Source: Macrostomum hystrix
Lineage: Eukaryota > Animalia > Platyhelminthes
Reading direction: 5' to 3'
NCBI GenBank assembly: GCA_950097015.1
Contig: CATNEN010000039.1
Span: 16,244,001-16,308,000, forward strand
Length of the DNA: 64,000 nucleotides
Part shown: one piece after another, positions 54,921-64,000 of the stretch
Numbering within the stretch: the first letter of the stretch is position 1
Layout: every line of letters starts with the position of its first letter
The notes under the pieces: model-generated
Told to the model about the DNA's origin: nothing
Database searches by the model: none
Seen by the model: only the letters and a program-made list of their open reading frames with translations
Program-made: the position numbers and the translations under genes

Positions 54921-56503
54921 GGTCCAGCGGGAGTCTCCTTGAGCAGCTCGTCCTCCTCAGACGGGGTCGGGCTGCAGACCTCCATGAGTAGCGGCGCGCC
55001 CGCAACCGCTGTGGAGGGAACGGCGGGAATCGCTGCGGAGAGCTGCTGCTCTGACCGCTGCGTGTCCCGGCCGCTCCACCCAACAACGGTGCAGTCGCTG
55101 CCGTCACTCGACGCCTCGCCCTCGGGGGTCGGGTCCGTGTGGATGGCAGCCTCCTTCCGGTGAGGGGGATCCTCAGACCAGTCGGTGGCCACCGCTCCGT
55201 GGGTCCCGGCACTTTGCGGCTGGCTGGGAGGAAGGGAGGTTTGCGCTTTTGTAGCGCGGGAGCGCTCCAGGTGCTCTCTGAGCGCTCGGGCTTCGCTGAG
55301 CGCCCGCAAGACCAGGCCCGATTTGCGGTTGTTGCGGGCTGGTCTACGATCTCGGGGGCCGGATTCGGCGATGCGGATATTTTTGCCCGGGCGGGGGTCC
55401 GCGGACGTTGCATGCCGCTTAGCTGGCGGAGCTTTCGCTCCAGAGCCAGGAGCGGCCCGCTTATTTTCCGATCCCTCCCCGGCCTTCCTCTCCTGACAAT
55501 CCAGGATGGTCAGCGGGTAGAGTCCCGGTTTGATTACGCTCTTGTGAGGGATCCTTTTGGACCAGGCTTCGGAGAAGCCGTAGATCGCCGTGAAACCCTC
55601 CGCTTCTTTGCGGACGGTTTCGTGGCAGATCAGCCCGGAGGCTGGGAGGTCCGGGTTCATCTTCAGCAGCAGCTGCCGAAGTTGGTCCCCGGACCGGATT
55701 GAGCAGGCGTCGGGGACCCAGACACGATGACGTCGGGTCCGTGGACGCTCGGACTCGGTGGTGCACCTCAGTCTTCCGACATCGGTGCCCCACTTGAAGT
55801 CTTTGATCCGATCGCGCAGTAGGCGGCTATCCCCCGCCGATTTGCACCAGAGGAGGACAGCCCCCTCCTGCGCTTCGGACCTGACAACGCTGACTGGTGT
55901 CCCTGCCAGTGCCAGGTCCGTGAGGCCCTCGTCGATGGTCCTGAGCATGCTTTTGAGCTGCTCGTTTGAGAGGTCCTGTTCCTCGCCGACCACAATGATC
56001 GCCGGCTGGACAGGCTCCCGCTTGGCTTTGGAGGCATAGGTCTCCTTGGCCTTGCTGGCGTTGGACGTGCCGGCCTTGTGGGTGGTGGTGGCCGTGATGG
56101 CGGTGGGGGCGGCGGCTCCAGATGGCCCTGCTGCGCCTTCCACGCTCTTTCCGTCGGCGTCGGTGCCGGCCTTGGAGATGGTGCTGGCCGGAGCGGCGGT
56201 GGGGGGAGCGGCGGATCCAGGTGGCCCTGCCGCATCTTTCGCACCCGCCTCGTGTGCAGGTGTCGGGCGCCCACCAGTCGCAGCCGCCGCAGCATTACGG
56301 CGGCGTTCGTTGCGCTTCTGGTTGCGCCTTACACGCGCTTCCTCCGAGCGCTTGCGGCTCGGGTTGCGTTTATTCTGGTCGACGATTTCAGTGGCGGGAT
56401 TCTCAGTCCCACCAGCTGCACCGAGGACGTGGGACCTGCCAGTGGCAGTGTCCGGAGCGGCCGAGTTTAACTCGGTTTCGAAAGAAGAGATGGGCGAGGC
56501 CAT
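54917..56503 (-). CDS. ORF1 nucleic-acid-binding protein, probable ATG at 56503 (MASPISS...)
   Basis: Basic and low-complexity N-terminus, KETYASKAK, and a globular core ending ...RPRTRRHRVWVP, which recalls DUF4780-type LOA ORF1 (inference). No CCHC knuckles seen. Its stop overlaps the ORF2 start (ATGA). Confidence 0.85.
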   Translation of the reverse strand: MASPISSFETELNSAAPDTATGRSHVLGAAGGTENPATEIVDQNKRNPSRKRSEEARVRRNQKRNERRRNAAAAATGGRPTPAHEAGAKDAAGPPGSAAPPTAAPASTISKAGTDADGKSVEGAAGPSGAAAPTAITATTTHKAGTSNASKAKETYASKAKREPVQPAIIVVGEEQDLSNEQLKSMLRTIDEGLTDLALAGTPVSVVRSEAQEGAVLLWCKSAGDSRLLRDRIKDFKWGTDVGRLRCTTESERPRTRRHRVWVPDACSIRSGDQLRQLLLKMNPDLPASGLICHETVRKEAEGFTAIYGFSEAWSKRIPHKSVIKPGLYPLTILDCQERKAGEGSENKRAAPGSGAKAPPAKRHATSADPRPGKNIRIAESGPRDRRPARNNRKSGLVLRALSEARALREHLERSRATKAQTSLPPSQPQSAGTHGAVATDWSEDPPHRKEAAIHTDPTPEGEASSDGSDCTVVGWSGRDTQRSEQQLSAAIPAVPSTAVAGAPLLMEVCSPTPSEEDELLKETPAGP

Positions 56504-56707
56504 GGCTGAAAAGCAGGTGGGGGGCTGCTCGTTACACGAGTGAGAAAAGCCCGACTGGCCGACACCCCAAGCCAGCCGGGAGCAGAAAAAAGGCACCGTT
56601 AGCGGCTGGAATACTCCCCAACCAAAGCGCGGACTGAAGTCCGGCAAAGCCCAGCAGCACGGATGCACTGGGGACATTAGAGGGTACCAAAAGGCCGGTA
56701 CCGAGGC

Positions 56708-56973
56708 CTGCGGACTGGCCGCATACCCTGTTAAGGTCAAAGGGTGACACCTTTCCCTCAGAGCCGTAGCCAGAGGTACCTGATCACGCACAGGTGCACG
56801 AAAACTGCGGACTGGCCGCATACCCTGTTAAGGTCAATGGGTGACACCTTTCCCTCAGAGCCGTAGCCAGAGGTACCTGATCACGCACAGGTGCACGAAC
56901 GTTGCGGACTGGCCGCATACCCTGTTAAGGTCAAAGGGTGGCACCTTTCCCTCCAGCCGGGGCTAGAGGTACC
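56708..56973 (-). repeat. ~2.7 copies of a 97-bp structured repeat in the retrotransposon 5' UTR
   Basis: TGCGGACTGGCCGCATACCCTGTTAAGGTCAA recurs at 56709, 56806 and 56903. Confidence 0.9.
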
Positions 56974-57015
56974 CAGTTTGGCCAGAGGCCCTGGATGGGT
57001 CATCCAGCGCTGTTG

Positions 57016-57240
57016 CCCATTCTGTCCGGCTGCCCTAGGGGCAGCCTTGAACACTCGCGGGGCGTGTACCCATGGGTCAGCTGACGGGACAGCGTGGAGG
57101 GATTCCTGCACCCGAAGGCACAGGTCTCCTTCCTGCCAAGCCTGCTCAAAAGCGACTGCAGGTGTGAGGCATCGCAGACCTTAGCCCGTGGGCCTGGTCT
57201 GACTCATACCTCACAGGCACTGTGTCCCGCCGGTGCGAGC
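57016..57240 (-). ncRNA. Predicted HDV-like self-cleaving ribozyme at the retrotransposon 5' end
   Basis: P1 GCUCGC (57240-57235)/GCGAGU (57058-57053) with G1-U wobble. P2 CCCAU/AUGGG, P3 GGG/CCC, L3 UACACGC, P1.1 AC/GU, P4 GGCUGCCC-CUA-GGGCAGCC. J4/2 contains C57024. Long structured J1/2. Confidence 0.75.
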
Positions 57241-57497
57241 ACGTTAGAGACCTAGTTTTCCCTGAATCTGAGCTTGCCGCGCACACTACGATTGGGATAT
57301 TAGTACGCGATTTGCCTGAAACTGACAGCGACACTTCAGAAATAGTGTTCAAACTCCTTTCGAAGTATTCTTTGCTCAACCCAGGATATAGTGGAGACTC
57401 TAATTCCTTATGCGGATGAAATTCAGGGATGCGAAGTTGCATGAGGAAGGATTCCTGTGACCTGAAAACAGAAAGCAACCAGATATAATGAAAATGT
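57241..57497. repeat. 257-bp direct repeat (target duplication), right copy
   Basis: Appears identical to 51354-51610. Confidence 0.95.
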
Positions 57498-58076
57498 AAG
57501 ATCCAACATTGGAGAAGAAATGCACTAAATAACACTAAAGCAATATCAACCTATTATCTTACGTGTCATTGGCATGCAGCTCTAATTCCAACTGATTCCT
57601 CTGTTCTCGTGACGCGGGGCCGCGAGTTCGGTCTGGCCAGTCGGGGTCGATGCAGTGCCAGCTGCTGGTCCGTCGCCGTCGCGCCGCGCTCGATGCTGTG
57701 CAACAGGAGTGTCCGGGGAGTGGTTCCGCTTCTGTGGGGAAATGTGAAACATCTCTGTATTATGCAGTCATAATTTTGCTTAGAGCATGTCCTTGAGGCA
57801 GTGGACAAAATGTACTATCGCTCGCCCGCTTCGCTATCGCTCGCTCCTTCGCTAGCTGCTCGCCACGTGCCGAAAACGTGCAGCGTACTATTCAAATATC
57901 CAGCTTTAATATGCATTGACCTAAAAACATTACAATTCATTATAACAATAAAAACAAAACATATCAATATAGGAACAAACTATACTTAAAAGTTGCATAT
58001 ACTTATTTATTTTAAAATCTTTAATTACGGCGTAAATGTAATGAAAGGAAATTTATTTCTAAGCACTATGAAAAAT

Positions 58077-58138
58077 GGTCGTTTCGTCTGCCAAAATACT
58101 TCGGCAAGACGAAATGAACGGCGGCAGACGAAACGACC
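58077..58138. mobile_element. 62-bp mini inverted-repeat element
   Basis: 16-bp perfect inverted repeat GGTCGTTTCGTCTGCC / GGCAGACGAAACGACC, with an internal partial copy. Confidence 0.55.
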
Positions 58139-58599
58139 GCACATCAAATCTCAAAGCCATTTCTCATAGTTCAAGGTGCGAGTGGGAGTGATAAAGTGGG
58201 AGTGGAGGTTAAATTCAAACTCAAACCATTAATTTAAATTACAGTTAAATTGACAATTTACTGCAATCGTGGTCTATTTTGTCTTTGACAAATTGGTATT
58301 TAAATTTAAGTACAGTTCGAATCTATGACAGAGTTCCAAAGTTCTTTGTTACGTTCAGATTTAAATTGCAGGAATATATTATTCACACCGTATGAAATGT
58401 TAATAACATTTGATATTTAAAGAGGCCTTAAGTTCTTTTCAATTGACGTACGAGGTATTTCTTATCATCATGGCGATATGTTATTATTATCAAAAACAGC
58501 ATGGCGTATTAGAAACAGTATGTCGGAAAATGTTCCTATTAAAATTAAAAAAATGTAAAAGGCTATTGTGCTTTCGAAAAACATTGTTCGGATAAAAAC

Positions 58600-59750
58600 C
58601 CATGTATATAACAGACTATGCTGGCGGTACGCAGGAGCTGAGGCAACGCCGCCACCACCGCCGCCGCCACCGCCGCCGCCTCCTCAGCCTACTCAGCTGC
58701 CTACTCCGAAACTGCTGCTGCTCAACAATAGCCCGCCCCCGATCGTCATCGTGCCGATCCAGCACCACAACATCTGGCAGATGTACAAGATGGCGGTTAG
58801 CAGCTTCAGGACTGTGGAACGAGGTAGACATCGGCGAGTACCTGCAGGACTGGCATCAGGTGACGGAGAATGGGAAGCACTTCGTACCCACTTGCTGGTT
58901 TTTATAGCGTCCTTAGAGTCGCCAAGGAGAACCTGGTGCATTTCGCCCAGGAGGATCCGGCCGCGGGCGTTCGCTGGCAAACAAGCCTCTTAATTGGCTG
59001 CCCGACGAGCTGCAGTCAAGGCGCATGGCGCGCTGAGCAGCTGGTGGATCCTTCGCGAGGTCCTGCGCCGCAGTCGCGTTCTCGCCCCTCTCCTCTTTGC
59101 GCTGAACATCAACGACCTACCCGGCTGCTGTCAGAGTACGTGTATTCTGAATGAACGTTGCTTGACGCAGGCGATCTCGCCGTCGCGGTGCAAGGCTTGA
59201 CTGCGAAAAAGGACGAGACGAAAGCGCAGCGGGCAATTGACGCGGTCACCGCCTGAGAGAAAGAAGGGCGAGCAAGTGCGCCGCCTCCCTGTTCACCATC
59301 ATCGTCAGCTTCACCTTTGGCTAAACTATATAACTTTCACCTTGGACCGCAAGCAGCGCTTCCTCGGCATCATCCTGGATCACTGAAATCGGGGTTTCCA
59401 GGCCGCCATCGGCGTCAATATTACACCTGCCTGCCATTTTTTATACGAGATTGAGGAGAAGGCCGCTTACCTATTTATTAACTACACGGCCCTGTCTCTT
59501 CACCACTGCCGCTTCCAGGCACTCCCAGGGTCCTTGCATGGTGCCCGAGGCTGTGTTTTCCGAGCATTTGTGCTGTGCTGAGTTTCCTTAAGGAAGTTGG
59601 AGTCCTCCAACACGACAGCCTGTGCAGATCTCGGATATCTCTGGCCAGACATCCGTTCTGAGGAGAGAACCCTTGGGCGAAGCGCTCGCAGGCAGCTCGC
59701 TCAGCAGCACAGCGGGCTGTCTCCCCTCCTAGCCGGTTGCATGGCCCGCA
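58600..59750 (+). pseudogene. Decayed non-LTR retrotransposon fragments
   Basis: GC-rich, frameshifted. RT remnants VLAPLLFALNINDLP (cf. QGSVL.P.LF...INDLP) and RFLGIILD. Confidence 0.6.
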
Positions 59751-60249
59751 AACACACACAGACACACACAAACATTTTCAAACTCCTTCAGGAAGACCAC
59801 AATGTCTTTAAATGCTTCTAATGCTATAAATATTATAGAACGGTGAGATTACATTTTCTTATTTAAAAAATAACAAAATGCTTCACTTTAACTTTGTCTA
59901 TCGTCGCTTCTTTTACTGAGAATTGCCCGAGTTGGAGCACAATTAACTCCTGGAATTTAAGAGCCGAAAAGAAAGCAAGCTAAAGCCATTTGACTTGTGA
60001 TTATTGATTGACTTTTTATACCTCGTTTTTTTAAAAGCAACGACAGAAAATTGTTTTGAGTAAGTTTTTCTGCAGAGTCAGAGAAACGGGCAAAATGGGG
60101 AAAGTGTGTTCGTTTTTGTAGAAAAATTTGCCTGCGAAAGAATTTTATTTTCGACTTGTCTTATTTAATTCAATTCTTATTTAAGAAGTGAAAAACTTCA
60201 GAGCTCGGAATCAAAATAGAAAGAAGCACTAGACAGGTGATTTAAGAAA

Positions 60250-61989
60250 ATGAATTTCCTGCAGCTTGTTTTTCGGTTGCTTCTTTTGCTTCCGTTGTTG
60301 CACGACGATGTTGTTTCTGGCATCCGGATCTGCAAATCCTTACATTTATCCGGCCACGACTATGAGACCCACAGAAATGTTAGTCGCTTGCAGGCGGACT
60401 TAACGGCTTATGTAGCTGGCTGCCAGTATGTATTCGGCGACGTGAAATTGGACAGTATAGGTTCTGACAAAATAACAAAGAAACCGCTGGACGATGAAAT
60501 TCGAGACATGCAAACTGACTTTCTTGACTCAATTGTGGAGATCAGAGGAAAACTAGTGATCCGGTTCGTCTGCCTTGAGCGCGTCACCTTCCGTAATTTG
60601 CGCACCATCCGAGGTTACACTTTTAAAGAATCTACTGACTTCTCATTTCAATCACTTGTATTATTCAAGTCGCCGAACATGAGGAAGCTGGAATTTCCCA
60701 AGCTGACTGCAATCACAAAGAAACATGTTCATCTAATTGGGCAAATGAAGTCTAGCTTGTACTGCTACCTGTCCTACAGTATCAACTGGACAAGCCTGTT
60801 TCAAGAACCGCACCAGCGGTATTTAGAAAGCGTGTTTTCTGTTATTACTGAAGAAGGCCAAGATCTTCTGAGAGGCAGGAGCTCACATGTGATTAGGCAT
60901 ACCTGCAATCGTCTGCTTTCCTGTCACGCCAATTGTACTCCAATTTATAACCAAACTTGCTGGTCCGACGGTGTTGATGGCTGCCAAAGTAATCATCTGT
61001 GTCGTAAGCGCAAGTGTAACTATACGAACCTATGCTTCCATAACCCAAACACTGGTCAAGAAGACTGTTGCCACGACAACTGCCTTGGTGGTTGCTCAAA
61101 CCGGCCCAACGAGTGCTTCGCCTGTCGGAGTGGAGTATTGTTCAATGGTGTCTGTAGAGAATCCTGTCCGTCGAATACTAGTACCGCTAGTGGAAATGGC
61201 ACTGGCGTGACTGTTTGGCGACAGATCGGCAACATCTGCGTAGAGAAGTGCTCACTGCCCTTTGTTGTTAGCTCTGACGGCAGGCGCTGTTTAATCGAGT
61301 GTCCGTCAGCGGAAGTCCCTATCGAAGGATTTTGCACAAAGTGCATTGACAAAATTAGCTCTAGGCCCTGCAAATCGTGCAATGTCTCCAATAGAATTAC
61401 TGACAAGTTATTGTACTCATTGAGGACTGAGCAGTGTTCCATTTGGAGGGCCAATTATTATCTAGTCGTGAATGTTGATATGTTAAGTAGCTTAGATAAC
61501 CTGAGAGCATTGGAGAATTTAGAGTACTTTTACGGCAATTTAATAATTCGGAAATCTACAAACTTACCAGACAATCTCCGATTCCTACGTAATATCAAAC
61601 TCGTCACTGATTCCTTTGAGATTTTCTCGCTCAAGACGAGATACCTCGGACTAGCTAGCTTGGAATATACTGCTAATCTTCTGCTTATGGTTATTGGTGA
61701 TCTTTGCAGAGCCTGGTATCCAAGCAATCGAATCCGAGAAATCCAGAAAGTCACTAAAGAATTTCAAATTACAATCGATAACCTGAGCTTTGATGACAGC
61801 AGCGAGATTTGCCGGAACGCTACCTGCGATGCTCAGTGCCAGGACGAATGCTGGGGACCCGGCCCAGACATGTGCGTGGCATGTCGGAACTTCAAATTGA
61901 ACGGCCGCTGCTATGCCACCTGTGCGGAGTCGGGCAGGATTGAAGTAAATGGGAATTGTGAACTGCCTGTGCCACAGCTGATCGGCTAA
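60250..61989 (+). CDS. Intronless secreted EGFR/insulin-receptor-like ectodomain (L domain, furin-like Cys-rich, L domain, partial domain IV); no TM or kinase
   Basis: Signal peptide [25 protein letters not shown]1: GCQYVFGDV, FLDSIVEIRGKLVI, FRNLRTIRG, LEFPKLTAI. Cys-rich: CHANC, CCHDNCLGGC, CFACR. L2: LENLEYFYGNLII, LRFLRNI, LGLASLE. Domain IV: CDAQCQDECWGPGPDMCVACRNF. Confidence 0.85.
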   Translation: MNFLQLVFRLLLLLPLLHDDVVSGIRICKSLHLSGHDYETHRNVSRLQADLTAYVAGCQYVFGDVKLDSIGSDKITKKPLDDEIRDMQTDFLDSIVEIRGKLVIRFVCLERVTFRNLRTIRGYTFKESTDFSFQSLVLFKSPNMRKLEFPKLTAITKKHVHLIGQMKSSLYCYLSYSINWTSLFQEPHQRYLESVFSVITEEGQDLLRGRSSHVIRHTCNRLLSCHANCTPIYNQTCWSDGVDGCQSNHLCRKRKCNYTNLCFHNPNTGQEDCCHDNCLGGCSNRPNECFACRSGVLFNGVCRESCPSNTSTASGNGTGVTVWRQIGNICVEKCSLPFVVSSDGRRCLIECPSAEVPIEGFCTKCIDKISSRPCKSCNVSNRITDKLLYSLRTEQCSIWRANYYLVVNVDMLSSLDNLRALENLEYFYGNLIIRKSTNLPDNLRFLRNIKLVTDSFEIFSLKTRYLGLASLEYTANLLLMVIGDLCRAWYPSNRIREIQKVTKEFQITIDNLSFDDSSEICRNATCDAQCQDECWGPGPDMCVACRNFKLNGRCYATCAESGRIEVNGNCELPVPQLIG

Positions 61990-63459
61990 TGCGATGAAGG
62001 CTGCGACGGTCCAGGGCGTGATCAGTGTGTGAACTGAGAAGTTTCGTTTAGAACAAATCAGCGCTTCATTGTAATGATACTACAAGTACTACTAAAAGTA
62101 AGCTACTAAAGTAAACTTCGAGCTACTAAAAGTAAACCAAGATCCCTATGAAAATTCTAAGATGAAATTTTAGAACAAGTTTTTGTCTTTAATCTTCAAT
62201 CTTCAATCTTTGTCTTCAAGTGTTAGCACATGAAGTGACACACCATTGTGACCATATTTGGTCCCCTGAGTTTGACGTCGCCTTTTATTGAAGCCAGTCA
62301 GGAAAAGACCTTTAGCACTTGAGTGTTTTTAGTTCTTTTCGATACCTAAGTAAAAATAGACTCGTACTTCAAAATCAAACTACTACTTCCAGTAGTATTT
62401 GTCGTGCATGCACGACATGCACGCACGCATGTCTTTCATGAGCTTGTACAGTGCTGTAGCTGAGTTAACCATTTGCCTATTAAGTATTTAATCAACAAGG
62501 TGCTTAGTGACTCGCACTTGTATACAGCTGCAGAGCTGCACGATGTCTACTCGATGTACTCAAAGTAGGCCTTGAGTTGAAAAGTCAACGTTTTGTGAAG
62601 AGCCTACACAAGTACCCTTGCTGCTCTTATAATATCCAGTGTAGTGTTGCCATAGGCATGCGATACTGGTGTTATTTTACGGAGCGTCATTTCAAGGCAC
62701 TACAGACTCAAGGATAGGTCTGGCTTGATTACACCAACCTGTGTTCAAAGCACTTTGTTTTAATCTAACGACGCCGTAACAACAATTGTACAGCTGCAGC
62801 TTTCGCCATCCTGCACACCCAACAGTATTGTAACATTTCATTGAGATGAGCCCGACAAAAAATGCACAAAAATGCCTGACACAATAGAATAGAAAATAGA
62901 AATAAAATACAATAGAAAAAATCGATACGTAGATAACACTCAGAAATCATGTGGTGACCTGAATTGCCTTTATTTATTCTCACCTAGTCGACAGAAAATC
63001 GACTATCTTTTTCCTGGTGTTGCACTCACTTTAAATATTGGTTTTGACAATCAATATGAGAAAATGGACAATCAAAATGAAGACAGCCACGCATAGATCT
63101 GCATGCAGCAGCTTAGCGCAGCTTCGCAACAGCTGCGGCTTAGGCCATAGACTTTTGACGATCGAATTGAGAATTGGACAATCAAACTGGTAACTGGAGC
63201 AGTGTGCACGTTTATTTGAACGAAAATTTAACATTAAAGTTTATTACTCACTCTTACAGTTTTGAAACTATTTTTACCGGTCCCAGAAGGCCACTAGTAC
63301 GTCGATAAAGATTTCTCTCGGTCTGGGAGATAGTACGGGCAGGTAAATGTGCTGTTTCTGATAAAGTGCGCCATGCTGGTTTAATAAACAGCGCCATGTT
63401 GTTTCTAATAGAAGCGCCATGCTATAAGGAATAGCATGGTACAAATATAAACATGATGC

Positions 63460-64000
63460 GCCATGCTGTTTCTAATTACAGTGCCATGCTGTTGCTGATT
63501 ACTGTGCCATGCTGTTGCTGATTACAGTGCCATGCTGTTGCTGATTACTGTGCCATGCTGTTGCTGATTACAGTGCCATGCTGTTGCTGATTACTGTGCC
63601 ATGCTGTTGCTGATTACTGTGCCATGCTGTTGCTGATTACAGTGCCATGCTGTTGCTGATTACTGTGCCATGCTGTTGCTGATTACTGTGCCATGCTGTT
63701 GCTGATTACTGTGCCATGCTGTTGCTGATTACTGTGCCATGCTGTTGCCGATTACTGTGCCATGCTGTTGCCGATTACTGTGCCATGCTGTTGCTGATTA
63801 CAGTGCCATGCTGTTGCTGATTACTGTGCCATGCTGTTGCTGATTACTGTGCCATGCTGTTGCTGATTACTGTGCCATGCTGTTGCTGATTACTGTGCCA
63901 TGCTGTTGCCGATTACTGTGCCATGCTGTTGCCGATTACTGTGCCATGCTGTTGCTGATTACAGTGCCATGCTGTTGCTGATTACTGTGCCATGCTGTTG
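63460..64000. repeat. 23-bp minisatellite (GTGCCATGCTGTTGCTGATTACT), continuing past the window end
   Basis: Tandem units. Confidence 0.97.

Larger units (their letters stand above)
51611..57240 (-). mobile_element. Non-LTR retrotransposon (APE + RT + RNase H; LOA/R1-group-like), 5'-complete and 3'-truncated
   Basis: Two intact ORFs, GC content above the flanks, and boundaries defined by 257-bp direct repeats (51354-51610 and 57241-57497). Confidence 0.95.
49362..57735 (-). pseudogene. Disrupted P-loop NTPase gene interrupted by the retrotransposon; the coiled-coil exon 49682..49362 may be its last exon
   Basis: Walker A-like IPIVVCAASSDSGKTR (51106..51591 ORF) and Walker B-like IIFWILDELNRA (50772..51080). 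ORFs are in shifted frames. Donor at 57562 and acceptor at 57462 (duplicated at 51575) are phase-compatible. A 33-bp repeat encodes MEQAMEQQRAS. Confidence 0.5.

Noticed and set aside
56504-56821. Extra 106 N-terminal residues of the 634-aa ORF1 call
   Set aside because: They run through the 5' UTR repeats; the ATG at 56503 (GCCATGG) is the more plausible start, though upstream initiation is not excluded.
56708-56973. Hammerhead or twister ribozyme in the 97-nt monomers (CUGAGGGAAA, UUAAC)
   Set aside because: The CUGANGA...GAAA core and twister consensus could not be completed.
51636-57184. Plus-strand ORFs antisense to the retrotransposon
   Set aside because: Shadow ORFs of GC-rich coding sequence, with no motifs.
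51354-57497. 257-bp direct repeats as LTRs
   Set aside because: No TG...CA ends, PBS, PPT, protease or integrase; the repeat is continuous with host exon/intron sequence; ORF2 is APE-type non-LTR.

Overview
Eukaryotic (animal) genomic DNA with GT-AG spliceosomal introns. Many introns and spacers hold their own minisatellite, and GC-rich exons carry poly-Q tracts. This style resembles the flatworm Macrostomum lignano (inference, not verified). Most long ORFs in the supplied track are translations of tandem repeats. Genes reconstructed by hand: the 3' end of a glutaminase with ankyrin repeats (+); an intronless poly-Q/A ORF (+); a proteolipid protein/M6-family tetraspan (-); a UBE2E-type ubiquitin-conjugating enzyme (-); a ~19-exon SLC4A11-like transporter (+); a disrupted P-loop NTPase gene (-); and an intronless EGFR/insulin-receptor-type ectodomain with no transmembrane or kinase domain (+). 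Mobile DNA includes several MITEs, a head-to-tail array of 7 non-autonomous Helitrons, and a 5.6-kb non-LTR retrotransposon (APE-RT-RNase H, LOA-like). The retrotransposon is the main finding. Its 5'-terminal G is exactly G1 of a predicted HDV-like self-cleaving ribozyme with a compensatory P1.1. It lacks a normal 3' end. It is flanked by a 257-bp direct repeat of host sequence that duplicates a host splice acceptor, so the whole insertion could in principle be spliced out.
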